DNA of 64,000 nt, filler included, from Gonapodya sp. JEL0774 (Eukaryota), in the NCBI GenBank assembly GCA_027604505.1. It is 42 parts of 42 records of this genome, joined end to end, with 100 filler letters (N's around TTAATTAATTAA, not from the genome) between each part and the next. Parts side by side here need not be neighbours in the genome. Positions count along the whole stretch, not along the records: positions 26,107 to 27,536 come from JADIIX010003162.1; positions 27,637 to 29,065 come from JADIIX010003163.1; positions 29,166 to 30,593 come from JADIIX010003164.1; positions 30,694 to 32,119 come from JADIIX010003166.1; positions 32,220 to 33,644 come from JADIIX010003167.1; positions 33,745 to 35,168 come from JADIIX010003168.1; positions 35,269 to 36,692 come from JADIIX010003169.1; positions 36,793 to 38,216 come from JADIIX010003170.1; 34 more parts are not named here. The stretch is one strand, 5' to 3'. Position numbers and translations under genes: made by a program. The notes under the pieces were generated by a model. It was not told the origin of the DNA and searched no databases. It worked only from the letters and a program-made list of their open reading frames with translations. Positions within the stretch are counted from its first letter, which is position 1, and each line of letters begins with the position of its first letter. This document shows positions 26,107 to 38,573 of the stretch, in pieces.

Positions 26107-27536
26107 GAGAGTGAACCAAAGACAACAGTTGTACTTCCTGCCAAGGCCACGACTGAATTCGAGAGAGAATTAAGGCCAGATACGGCTGCACCCAATGACC
26201 CTCCAAGCTGGGAAGTACAGATGCTTAAAGTAGAAAGAGAATTATATATGCCAATGGTGCTACCAGTCAGATTAGCAAGCTGAGCTGTGCATGCATTCAA
26301 AGTAGAGAGAGAACCAAATGCTACAGCAGTACTTCCTGACAATGCAGTCACTGAATTTGAGAGGGAGCCGAGGCCACCTACGACAGTGCTTAGTGACCCT
26401 GCTATCTGCGATGCACACATACTCAGAGGGGAGAGTGCAGAAACTGACAAAGCTATGCTAGTGAGGGAAGCCAAAGTGATTCCAGTAGTGCTGGTGAGTA
26501 TGGTTTCAATTGAGCCAGAAAGAGCACCTAAACACAACGCAATGGTTGATATTGACCCTGACAATTGAGAAGTGCATGAATTGAGAGGGCTCAGTGCAGA
26601 GACTGAAAAGGCAATACTGGAAAGCGAACTGAGAGCAACACCAGCACTTCCTTGCATAAGAAAGCCAACTGAGCCGGATAAAGCATCCAATCCCGACGCA
26701 ACAGTGGTAACCACACCTGCAATGTGAGAAGTGCATGCACTCAAAGTGGAAAGCGATCCCATTATAAGAATAGTGCTTCCAGTCAACAAACCAATAGAAT
26801 TAGAAATATTAGAAATTCCCAATAAAGCGCTACTGACAGAGCCAGCAAGCTGGCCTGTGCATGTACTTAAGGTGGAGAGTGAACCAAAGGCATGAGATGT
26901 GCTCCCCGACAGGGCTGTGACTGAACTTGAGAGGGAATTAAGGCCAGTCACAGCTACACTCAATGACCCTCCAAGCTGGGAAGTGCAGTTGCTTAATGTT
27001 GATAGGGAACTGAAGATTGTGACAGCACTCCCAGTCAAGTTTGAGAGCTGAGCAGTGCACGCACTCAATGCAGAGAGTGAACCAAAGACAACAGTTGTAC
27101 TTCCTGCCAAGGCCACGACTGAATTCGAGAGAGAATTAAGGCCAGATACAGCTGCACCCAATGACCCTCCAAGCTGGGAAGTGCAGTTGCTTAGAGTAGA
27201 AAGCGAACTATACAACATGGTCGTGCTGCCTGTAAGTTTTGCAAGTTGGACCGTGCATGTACTTAATGTAGAGAGGGAACTCAACAACACAAGGGTGGTT
27301 CCTGTGAGGGCTGACACTGAATTTGATAGAACACTTATTTGTGAAGAGATTACACTGCTCATAGATGAAGATGCTTGGGATAGTGAGCTAAATACCAGTG
27401 AAAGCCCTGATACTGAAATAGCAATTCCAGTAACACTTCCTGTGATGGCTGAAACAATCGTACCTATACTCCCAATGGAGCCAGACAACATAGATAAGCA
27501 TGGACTTACAAATGATAATCTTGAAAGCGACTGTGA
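26107..27536 (-). CDS. Large Ser/Gly/Leu/Cys heptad-repeat protein, internal fragment (copy A), intronless
   Basis: Frame open across the contig; repeated units such as GSTTMLYSSLSTLSNCTSQLGGSLGAAVSGLNSLSNSVVAL; 198-nt DNA periodicity (CAATGACCCTCC at 26961 and 27159). Confidence 0.8.
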
Positions 27537-29165
27537 NNNNNNNNNNNNNNNNNNNNNNNNNNNNNNNNNNNNNNNNNNNNTTAATTAATTAANNNNNNNN
27601 NNNNNNNNNNNNNNNNNNNNNNNNNNNNNNNNNNNNTTACCACTACAATCGCCGAGAGAATGTCCCTGAGCTTGTTCGCGAGGGCTGGCTTCGTGAACCT
27701 GCCACGCAAAAGGTGGCCGGAAAGTTCGCAGAGGCGAGGCATAACGCACTTGGGGGAGAGGAAATCCAGGAAACCAACTCTGCAAGCGTCATTGATGATT
27801 CAACCAAACCACGTCAGAGAAAGAATAAACCGCCAAAAGAGCTGTGATGGATTCGGGACTTGGGATTATCATGCTGGCACACGCGTGTAGTTGGAATCTT
27901 GGTGAGTTGCGCTTCATCGAAAGTGATTCGTTCTCAGTCGCGGCAGTGATTACGAAATATATACGTGGAGACGCGGCAACCTGCGGATGAATTCTCCAAG
28001 TTTGTGAACAATCTCTGAGCTTCCGGTTGAGTCCGACCTGTTACTTTAAATCAGGTTTATCCCTAATTGTATTGCGTTTCGACGATGCTCCATCAAGCTG
28101 ACCATCTTCCTTTTCTTTCTCGAATTGAAGGGCTTGTAGCTCAGGATTTGCGTTATCGTTTTTGGCATCCTTCCAGTCACTACTTCAAACCTCTAATTCA
28201 ATATCCGGTCCGCTTCAAGATAAGCGAGAACAATCCATCGTCCTGTCGCAGTAATGCTCACAAATTGTCACGACTAATTCTTTGTGTTGTGGCATAATAA
28301 GAGACCAAGCTGGAATCTGATGCGTCAGATAGTATAACGGTTCATTTATGGGATTTTTATAATTGGCCGGTCGAGTCGTGGCTTACAGAGCTGTAATGAT
28401 CTTATTCGTTACTTTTTTCGAATATCAATCAATTTTTAATGCAAAGATAAGACTCCAACTGCCTGGGAGAACTCAAAGCTCTCAATCGTTGCTGTCACAA
28501 ATTCTACGTGAAGTTCGCCATCTGGAGTCTGATGCAACCAGTTTAACCATTCGGTGATCTACAATGCCTTGCGCTCATGAATGGTGAAACAAGTTAGCAG
28601 TTATGACCTACGTCCTCAGAACAGAAATTGGAACTCCCACCTCAATCGGTTCGCATCGTCTGCGGCATGTGGCATTCCTCCTTCCGTAACACGATAGAAT
28701 GTGGAATTGATCTGGGACCCCGAGATGACGAGAGAAAATATTGGTACGAATCTCGCAAACCAGATGTCCAAACGTACCTCAATTGTGTCGAAGTTTTCGA
28801 AGTAAAAGGGTAAGCACCCACGTGAGGAGTGTTTGATATGAGTCGGATAGAATCCGCCCTGATGATGCCACCACTCAAATGAAAGCCGGATGTCGTTATA
28901 TTGACAGTAGTATGAGGGTGTGAGAATATGGAAGTGGATCTCCCGATGTTTTGATACGAGTTTGATTGGTAGTTGACGTCATCATCGTTGACGTACCTCG
29001 ACTTCGAACAATCGCCGAACGGGCTCGCAGCAGCTTTGGCATTCGGAAGGTCTTGATCGTCATTTNNNNNNNNNNNNNNNNNNNNNNNNNNNNNNNNNNN
29101 NNNNNNNNNTTAATTAATTAANNNNNNNNNNNNNNNNNNNNNNNNNNNNNNNNNNNNNNNNNNNN

Positions 29166-30593
29166 GCTACCAGTCAAATTTGAGAGTTGAGCAGTGCACA
29201 CACTCAAAGTAGAGAGTGAACCAAATGCAACTACAGTACTTCCGGACAATGCAACCACTGAATTCAAGAGAGAATTCAGTCCAGATACAGCAGTACCCAA
29301 TGACCCTCCAAGCTGGGAAGTACAGTTGCTTAAAGTAGAGAGAGAATTGAAGATTGTGACAGCACTCCCAGTCAAGTTTGAGAGCTGAGCAGTGCATGTA
29401 CTCAATGTGGAGAGTGAACCAAATGCAACAGCAGTACTTCCTGACAATGTGACGACTGAATTCAAGAGAGAATTAAGGCCAGATACAGCTGCACCCAATG
29501 ACCCTCCAAGCTGGGAAGTACAGTTGCTTAAAGTAGAGAGAGAATTGTAGATGGTAACAGTGCTACCAGTCAAATTAGCAAGCTGAGATGTGCAAACACT
29601 CAAAGTAGAGAGTGAACCAAAAGCCACGGTAGTACTTCCTGACAATGCAACCACTGAATTTGCGAGAGAATTAAGGCCAGATACAGCAGTACCCAATGAC
29701 TCTCCAAGTTGGGATGTACAGATGCTTAAAGTAGAAACCGACAAAGCTATGCTAGAGAGGGAAGCCAAAGTGAGACCAGTGGTGCTTGTGAGTATGGTTT
29801 CCATTGAGCCAGAAAGAGCACCTAAACACAACGCAATGGTTGATATTGACCCTGACAATTGAGAAGTGCATGCACTGAGAGGGCTCAGTGCAGAGACTGA
29901 AAAGGCAATACTGGAAAGCGAACCGAGAGCAACACCAGCACTTCCTTGCATAAGAAAGCCAACTGAGCCTGATAAAGCATCCAATCCCGACGCAACAGTG
30001 GTAACCACACCTGCAATGTGAGAAGTGCATGCACTCAAAGTGGAAAGTGATCCTATTATAAGTACAGTGCTTCCAGTCAACAAACCAATAGAATTAGAAA
30101 TATTAGAAACTCCCAATAAAGCGCTACTGACAGAACCAGCAAGCTGTCCCATGCATGCGCTTAAAGTGGAGAGTGAACCAAAGGCATGAGATGTGCTCCC
30201 TGACAGGGCTGTGACTGAACTTGAGAGAGAATTAAGGCCAGAAACAGCTAAACTCAATGACCCTCCAAGCTGGGAAGTGCAGTTGCTTAATGTTGATAGG
30301 GAATTGAAGATTGTGACAGCACTCCCAGTCAAGTTTGAGAGCTGAGCAGTGCACACACTCAAAGTGGAGAGTGAACCAAATGCAACAGCAGTACTTCCTG
30401 ACAAGGTTATGACTGAATTAGAGAGAGAGTTAAGGCCAGATACAGCTACACCCAATGACCCTCCAAGCTGGGAAGTGCAGTTGCTTAGAGTAGAAAGCAA
30501 ACTATACAACATGGTGGTGCTGCCTGTAAGTTTTGCAAGTTGGGCCGTGCATGTACTTAATGTAGAGAGGGAACTCAACAACACAAGGGTGGT
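29166..30593 (-). CDS. Large Ser/Gly/Leu/Cys heptad-repeat protein, internal fragment (copy B), intronless
   Basis: Frame open across the contig; long stretches nearly identical to 26107-27536 (for example the HIAGVVTTVASGLDALSGSVGFLMQGSAGVAL block). Confidence 0.8.
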
Positions 30594-30693
30594 NNNNNNN
30601 NNNNNNNNNNNNNNNNNNNNNNNNNNNNNNNNNNNNNTTAATTAATTAANNNNNNNNNNNNNNNNNNNNNNNNNNNNNNNNNNNNNNNNNNNN

Positions 30694-30879
30694 GTGCTTG
30701 GAAAAGGCCTTGTGAACTACACGGCGGCAGAAATAACGAGAGTAAAAGGATGCAAATCGGGAGAGATGGAGAGCATTCTTGGTTTCATGGACTCTGAGTA
30801 CATTATGCACAGGGATAACTTTGTGATCACGAATGCTGGTGCTTTAGAAGAGCTGGGCACAAGTGCCACGAACAAGTAA
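30694..30879 (+). CDS. PRO1: Glutamate 5-kinase, C-terminal PUA domain end
   Basis: LGKGLVNYTAAEITRVKGCKSGEMESILGFMDSEYIMHRDNFV matches the ProB PUA terminus. Confidence 0.85.
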   Translation: MLGKGLVNYTAAEITRVKGCKSGEMESILGFMDSEYIMHRDNFVITNAGALEELGTSATNK

Positions 30880-31365
30880 ATAATCACAGTTCCAAGCAAG
30901 CCTGCAATTCTGCAACGTGACTCCCTTTAATGCCTGGGTGAGGCCTTCGTGGATGCATAGTTGCAGACGGCTGTTCGTGCACTCTCAAAATCTAAGCTAT
31001 AAGACCGTGGAACCATTACTTGCAGTGATGTTGCATGCTCTGAACGGCGTTTCTGAAACCTGGCGCGATAATGAATGCATCCTCACACCATCAATATTTT
31101 GCGCATAAAATGAGTTTTCTGTACTGTCAGTTGGCCTAGAAACCAAATTCGGAAATACGTATTCTGCCGAGCCGCAGGCGGCCTCCGACCGACATCTCTC
31201 CCGCAAAATCCGTATTATTGCAAGTATTAGTTGCACAACTCTCTGAGGTTCGGATAAACTCTGTGAGGCGGTCAATATAAACCACAGTCGGTGATTCACC
31301 TCTCACCGTGACCATTTCACTCCGAAACAAACCATCAATCACTCCCCACCATCAGCTTCCGACAT

Positions 31366-32119
31366 ATGACAGGGTTCTTCTCGTCTAGGCCGGTTACCTT
31401 CAAATACGATGATGTTCCTGTGAGAATCATCAAAGTCCTCAGGCTCATGTCTTTATGCCAGGATTCAACATTCGTACCTCGTTCTCATACCTCTAATCTT
31501 GACAGGACCTGAGCGGACAAGTAGCTCTAATCACTGGAGCATCCACTGGTATCGGGAAAGCGACAGCTACTGCTCTGTAAGTTGGACCCGCCCAGTCACA
31601 TTAGTCATATGTGAAATCGTACGAGTGAAATGTGATCGATCATTCCACCTTACATCAGTGCAAGAAAGGGCGCACACGTCGTTTTGATGGGACGGAACCC
31701 GGAGAAATCTAAGTCTGCCATAGCTGATGTCATCAATGCGACTGGGAACGCGAAGGTGGGATGTCATGCTCAAACCCGTATCTGAGTACCAACAACACCT
31801 TACAACCATGTTACCGTCGACTGACCTGGGGAGACAGGTCGATTACATTGAAGCCGACTTCAATGATCTCGCGTCGGTTGACAAGGCCGCTTCCGCATTC
31901 CTGGAGAAGAATCTTCCGCTGCATATGTTCATAATGAATGCAGGAATTATGGCCCTTCCCAAGTTCGAGACATCTAAGGATGGGATTGAGAAGCAATTTG
32001 TGAGTGGTGCAGGATTTCTTTCGTTTTTCTTGTCTCCTGTAATCCAAAATTTCCTCATCCATTATTCATCTGCAGGCAACGTGAGTCAATCTCAAAACAG
32101 CGAGACGGGTTGCCATACA
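31366..32119 (+). CDS. Short-chain dehydrogenase/reductase (retinol dehydrogenase/WWOX-like), 5' multi-exon part
   Basis: DLSGQVALITGASTGIGKATA (TGxxxGIG), HVVLMGRN, DLASV, LHMFIMNAGIMA, SKDGIEKQF. Confidence 0.9.
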
Positions 32120-32219
32120 NNNNNNNNNNNNNNNNNNNNNNNNNNNNNNNNNNNNNNNNNNNNTTAATTAATTAANNNNNNNNNNNNNNNNNNNNNNNNN
32201 NNNNNNNNNNNNNNNNNNN

Positions 32220-33644
32220 CACCGACAAGTTTCTCGCATTTGCCAGTCCTCACGATGATCCTCCGAACGCTTACCCTCCCGCAACAGACCCGCGAGAGGG
32301 AGATCTCGACTCCTCCACCAAAACCCTCCTCAACGCCTCCCAAGGGTCCCTTGTTTCGGACTCCGCGGCAGAAAAGTATCTTCATCGCAAGCGCCCGTCC
32401 AAGCTCAGGTCGTGTTATCGCATCGACGATCTGATTCGATACTTCAAGGAGGTCGGAGTGACCACAGTCATTCGTCTCAATAATCGCATCTACGACCGGA
32501 AAAAGTTTACGGACGCGGGTCTGGATCACGTGGAGCTGTACTTCCCCGACGGTACGAATCCACCAGAAATGATCCTGAAAAGATTTTTGGAGATTGCAGA
32601 AACGACACCAGGTACGCAGTTCCCGTCTCAAACAATCGAAATCCCGAATGTCGTTTCATTTCCGTTTTGAACAATCACACAATCAGGTGTTATCGCCGTT
32701 CATTGCAAAGCTGGTTTGGGCCGCACTGGATCCCTCATTGCATCGTATTTAATGAAGCACCACCTCCTGACGACCAGTGACGTGGTTGCATTCCTTCGCA
32801 TCATGAGACCCGGAAGCGTGGTCGGACCACAGCAGAATTGGCTCGCACAGTAAGTTGTAGTGAAGGGGAAACAACGGTTCATCCTAGTCCTCATCGTCAC
32901 ACCGAGATTCAATACATTCTCTTTCTTTCATTGAAGAATGGAGCCACGCCTCCATCGAATGAATCCGACCAAACCCGTGCCCCATAGCATATCTTACTTA
33001 CGTCCTTCTACCTTCCAAAGCTCCACTCGCTTTTCTCCACCTGTGCAACTTCAGCTCTGCCTGCTGAGTTCTTCAAAGTCCCTCAGCGACTCACGAGTCT
33101 CAAAGAAAAGCAACTCATCGTCCAACTTGGAAGGACACGATCAAACACGCATGGACTTTGAATACGACGCGACTCGCAAATCCCGATCTTCCAAGATATA
33201 CGCGCCGACGCCACTGCACTCCACCACGAGAAAATTCTCGGAGCTGACTATATCGGGCGAGAAGAGCTCGTCGGCGGCGGCTTCGACAACCTCCAAGTAC
33301 ACGATTCCAGTTCAGCCTCGTAAGTCAATGCAGGTACATCTCGATCTTACGAACGGTCAGAATCCACGGGCGGTTTCGGTGGGGTTGGACCGGGTAAGAT
33401 GGTTCGCAACACCAGAAAGCTACGCGTGTATTAAATTGGGAATCCTCCAATCCCTAGGCTGTTACATCGAACAAGGCCTCTGCCATTCCCTCGCACCTAT
33501 CGTCGTCTCACCACCGAGCGCACTCACTTACTTCGGCCGGGTCGTCCACGAGCAAGCCCGGCTACAACATCCGGTCTGTCGCGACGAGCATTATCGGCAA
33601 GCTTCATCATTCGAGCGCCGAGAAGGAGGATTCAGCGACTGTTC
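32220..33644 (+). CDS. CDC14: Cdc14-family dual-specificity phosphatase, internal fragment
   Basis: [62 protein letters not shown]. Confidence 0.95.
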
Positions 33645-33744
33645 NNNNNNNNNNNNNNNNNNNNNNNNNNNNNNNNNNNNNNNNNNNNTTAATTAATTAA
33701 NNNNNNNNNNNNNNNNNNNNNNNNNNNNNNNNNNNNNNNNNNNN

Positions 33745-34661
33745 ATCCCTGGGTTTTTCCTGGGTAAATCGGCGGAACCCATCAGGCACGTGATTCCACC
33801 ATACACCGGTTCGAGGAGCCCACAAATGTTATCCCGCGTTCGAGATTTGGCACCCTTGTGATGGAAATAGAGCATTTAATATAGCCAATTGCGTCCTTCA
33901 GTAAAAAAATGGACTTCTTTACTCACATCGCATCCAAACACGAAATCGGCCTTCACTTTTGACCCATCTTCAAACACCACGGTCACCTTTCCCTGGGCAT
34001 CACCTTCCACATCCTCCAATCTATTCAGCTTCTTCTTCATTACCACTTTGATCCCACCTTCCTTTTCTACCGCGTTCAGTACTGCCCTCTGTAATCGCCA
34101 TCTTCTCACACCAACGCTCTGCAAGCCATCTTGGGAAAGCGCCTCCTCGCTCGCCACAGCAACCTCAGTTCCATCATGACGCATCCAGCGCCGGTACTGA
34201 TAAGGCTGTGATACTGACTGAACTGCTGCGAGGAGAGAGGGGCCTCCGATCGATGCGATGGCTTTTAACCCATTTGGATAGAGACCAAATGCCCCTCCGA
34301 CGCCATCCTCTGCGGAAATAAAAGAATGTTAAGGGATTGGATTCGTACCGAGCACTTCCGAATAATATGCATGCGTACCGTATGCGGGAGCCTGTTCGTA
34401 GATAGTAGATCCAAGCCCAAGTTTGCGCTTCAGTGCCTAATAAAGAATCGAAAATCGCTTTCTTTTACTCTTGGAGGTCCTTCGCGGTTGAGCTCCTAGA
34501 TCGTCACCCACCAGTCCCATCATAAGTCCCGCTTCCGCCATGGAGAATAACAGTAGATTTCATTTTGAATCAGAGATCATCAGGTCCTGTTGAGTATCAA
34601 GAGTAAGGCACTCACCGAATCCCCCTCCGATGATCGCAATCTCTGGCTGTGGTTGTTGCAT
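33745..34661 (-). CDS. FAD-dependent monooxygenase (salicylate-hydroxylase-like), 5' multi-exon part
   Basis: MQQPQPEIAIIGGGF, IYEQAP, GVGGAFGLYPNG, VRRWRLQRAVL, VTVVFEDGSKVKADFVFGCDG. Confidence 0.85.
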
Positions 34662-35268
34662 GATGGCAGATATATTCTCGTTCGAAGGTAGGAAGGATTT
34701 GGTTTCTGATTCTTTCCGGTCTTTCAAGAGCACAGAGAATGTTTCTTTGCAGACGTAAGGTGAATATATTCTGAAATGGGCTATGTTATTTAGTTCGGAT
34801 CTTCTCTATTTTGGTGTGCGAAGAATGCCGTTGGCCTCCCTGATCTCTCGCACTGCCTGTAATTGCACACACGTACAGAATTGTGACTTCTAAGTTAGAA
34901 AAAGATATTGTTGACATGGTATTCGCGAGTCGCAAGAATGATATCGGAGAAATTAATCAAAAGTAAAGACGCACGCGTACGGTATATGATGAAGTCTGCT
35001 GTGAACGAAATGGCAGTAGCAGATGAGATGCTAACGGCGGAGTCGAAAGTGAGTCGCGGGAGTGTTACCTTAGGCACACATACTCCAAGTTGCTCAACTG
35101 CTATTCTTCTGCTTCTCTCTCGGAACGGTTTCGGCGTTTCTGCGAGACCCGAGGTCGGAATGAGCTAANNNNNNNNNNNNNNNNNNNNNNNNNNNNNNNN
35201 NNNNNNNNNNNNTTAATTAATTAANNNNNNNNNNNNNNNNNNNNNNNNNNNNNNNNNNNNNNNNNNNN

Positions 35269-36692
35269 CCGGAGAAGACGAGCGATCGATTCGTCAGTTA
35301 CAGGGCGTCGCGGTTGCAGCTTCATGAGACCTTCTTGGCTCTCTGGTGGATCGAACTAGGAGAGCATTGTCAGAATACGCCCAGATATTATTGTGCAGCA
35401 CGGATGGCATATGATCGTATCACTCACTGCGAAGGATAATCCGTTGAACAGTTCAAAGCCTAGGTCCACAAAAATGATTTGAAGAGCCGAAATTGGTAGA
35501 GGGATTGGGATCACGATAAACAGTAGCGAGGCGACAACTGAGTGAACAGACACTTGCGTAAACATCGTTCATTACTATCGGCTGGCAGACTACTCTACTC
35601 ACCTTCGACAGAAATGTGTGTCATGATGTAACGAATTGACTTTTTGAGGTTTTGGAAAATCAGACGGCCTTTGTTTTATTGTTTCCGTCATGAGTCAGAT
35701 GAGCACTCCAAATGCGAGAAGAACATGGGGCACGGCACACACCTTCTTCGATCCCAGCGACAGTTGACGTGAAATTATCATCAAGAAGAATCATCGCCGC
35801 GGCTTCTTTACTGACGTCCGATCCACTAATATTCATGGCAACACCTAGTGCAATGAAGGCTCAGTGACCGTACTAAGTATCAAATGCTTATGGGCGCACA
35901 GATACTCACCGAGATCTGCCTTTTTTAAAGCCGGAGAATCGTTAACACCATCACCAGTGACACCCACAATGTGACCGCGGGATTGTGCGTGTTTCACAAT
36001 TTCGAGTTTGTGTCGGGGTGAGGTCCTTGTGGACACATGAAGAGAACACAATGTCAGTAGAATACCGCGGGACCTGACATGCTTATATGAAATCGCACTC
36101 ACCGTGCAAAAATAATTTCGGATTTGCTGAAGATGTTAACCCATTCTTGTTCCGACAAAGTGTCAATGCGCTCCCCATGGATGACGATAGAATCAAATTC
36201 ATCCTCGTCCACTTGCTCAGGTGTCCGTCCTGTCCGTTTTGCTACTTCCTCTCTGGTCTCACCGAGCATGAGGTTGATCTTACGACCGATTGCCTCTGCT
36301 GTTAGCGGATGCTGCATGAATAGGAGGGGACAGCTAGTGAACCAGTCTTCCTTCACGAAGGTAATCCGTCAAGCTTACATCTCCAGTCACCATCATTACT
36401 TGGACACCAGCGGCGCGACACTTTCCACTGAAATAGAAAACGCACACACGTCAGTGCATGGTGCCCATTTACCACTTGGCAGGAGCGGGGCTTACATTGC
36501 TTCACGAACACCGTGCTTCGGAGGGTCTTCGAGTGAAACAAGGCCCTGAAACACCAGCCCTTGTCTGGGATAGTTGGGGGGATCCCGTTCAAAAGCGAAC
36601 GTGGGTGGAAATGTGGCCTCTGAAAGTTCCAATTTAGCAAATGCCAAGACTCTATGTCCCTTAGACGCCATGAACTTGTAAGTGCTCTCGAA
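35269..36692 (-). CDS. P-type ATPase of type IIC (Na+/K+- or H+/K+-ATPase-like), internal multi-exon fragment
   Basis: [122 protein letters not shown]. Confidence 0.88.
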
Positions 36693-36792
36693 NNNNNNNN
36701 NNNNNNNNNNNNNNNNNNNNNNNNNNNNNNNNNNNNTTAATTAATTAANNNNNNNNNNNNNNNNNNNNNNNNNNNNNNNNNNNNNNNNNNNN

Positions 36793-37400
36793 ACATTGGC
36801 CGCTTGCTTCAGTCCATAAAGAGATTTCACAAGTCTGCAAACAAGGCTTCCACCTTCTCCAAAACCATGCGGTTGTTCAAGGTAGACTTGTTCTTCCAAG
36901 TTGCCATTCAGGAAAGCATTTGATATGTCCAACTGAGTGAATTTGTATCCCCATTCAGCAGCACAAGCCAGAAGGATGTGTGTTGAGCAGTCACCATTCA
37001 CCTATTCGAACACGTCGTACAGAAAAAGCTTAATCTAGTTTATCCGACAACCATAGCACCATCCCCAAGTGTGTGCACCAAGTTATCCACGTTCCCTAGT
37101 GTAGCTCACTAACCACTAACGCTACAACAAAACTGTAAAGGACAAGCTTGTAGAGAATTTTACGGCAAGAAATTTTGCCCTATTAATTATCCCCGCATTC
37201 CCACTCCCTGTTGCGCTAGAGCCATCTGAAATGTCAAAACACCCATATCTGAACAATGTGCCAAGCTTTGGAATTCATCACAGGAGCAAATGTCTCGTTG
37301 TAATCAATCCTATACTGCTGTGTGAAACCAAGATCTACCCAGCGTGCTCTAAAGCGTACAGAAGTTTTGAACAACTGCTTGAAATCATAAACTAGACTTT
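36793..37400 (-). mobile_element. Degenerate Ty1/copia reverse-transcriptase fragment, interrupted by a solo LTR
   Basis: RFRARWV..GFTQQYRIDYNETFAPV..KAWHI / LLACAAEWGYKFTQLDISNAFLNGNLEEQVYLEQPHGF...LVKSLYGLKQA; same family as 47449-48869. Confidence 0.9.
36981..37255. mobile_element. Solo LTR (275 bp, TGTT...AACA) with 5-bp TSD ATGTG
   Basis: ATGTG at 36976-36980 and 37256-37260; the uninterrupted paralog has a single ATGTG (near 47978). Confidence 0.9.
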
Positions 37401-38030
37401 GAACACTCTTTGACAGTTTTTGAGGTCTCAACATCGCTCTTTCTGAAATAGCCAGGAACCTCCCAGTTTTGTAAAAAAAAAAGTGGTAGTTACTACATGT
37501 ATCATTGTGATAATCAATTTCACTACTGGCCTGGTTTCATCTTGCTGGTCGGTGCTATTCAGCTGCATATATAAGAGTAAACCTGCCACCACAAGAAGCA
37601 CATTGCTTTAGAAATTACTCTTCCACCTGTTGGATGTTACAGCACTGTGGGTGGTGCCCAATCCAAATTGCTTGCCAAGTGCGCAACATGTGCAGTAGTA
37701 AGCAGCTCATATAGTGCGCAGTCATGTGCAGTACTTTAGGGCAAGTAGTAATTATATTAAGTGAGATAAACTAGATTGTAAAGAGGCAAATGTCACAAGA
37801 CAATATTGCTACTGGTGAAACCTTGTGCAACAAACCTACGTCTGAACCCTGAACTCTGACCCAGTGCACCCCACACTGTTTACACCGCCTCCTGTGCAAA
37901 ACAGCTTACTGCAAGGGACTGGGGAGTGAGTGTGGATACTCCAGGAAACTGGGTGAGGAGGCAGGGTGTGAGACAAAGTGCTACTCTGCCCCTTGAGTGG
38001 GTGGTCTGTGGAGGCTGTGACAAACTCAAA

Positions 38031-38216
38031 TGTTGAGCGGTTACAATTCACTTATTCGAACACGTCGTACAGAAAAAGCGTAATCTAGTTTATCCGACGA
38101 CCATAGCACCGTCCCCAAGTGTGTGCACCAAGTTATCCACGTTCCCTAGTGTAGCTCACTAACCAATAACGCTACAACAAAACTGTAAAGGACAAACTTG
38201 TAGAGAATTTTACGAC
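38031..38216. mobile_element. Second copy of the same LTR, truncated by contig end
   Basis: Starts TGTTGAGC and aligns closely with 36981-37166. Confidence 0.88.
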
Positions 38217-38573
38217 NNNNNNNNNNNNNNNNNNNNNNNNNNNNNNNNNNNNNNNNNNNNTTAATTAATTAANNNNNNNNNNNNNNNNNNNNNNNNNNNN
38301 NNNNNNNNNNNNNNNNTTCGCCGGGACTCGCATCGCCTGTTTCGAACTGCTCGTAATCGTGTGTCCAATCGTCTCGAGTTCCAATAGTTTCAGTCCAGTT
38401 GTGACTTTGGCTTTTTCAGTTTGAAGAGACTTCGCGGAATCCCGAAGGATTTGTTCCATGCGGCAGCCCCGGACAAGGGCAGATTGAAATGGAAGTAGGT
38501 TAGAGAGTGCCGTGTGCACGGTTCCTGACCGATGGAAAGTTCTTCAAACACCAACCGAATCGCAGCAGCGAAT

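Noticed and set aside
27637..29065. Short ORFs across this contig
   Set aside because: No coherent exon chain or motif that I can support.
37506..37797. Additional LTR candidate (TGTGA...TCACA with a TATA-like motif)
   Set aside because: Flanks ATCAT and AGACA do not form a TSD; no PBS or PPT and no second copy seen.
36981..38216. Full-length element bounded by the two LTR copies
   Set aside because: The first LTR has its own TSD on both sides, and the intervening DNA continues the interrupted RT.
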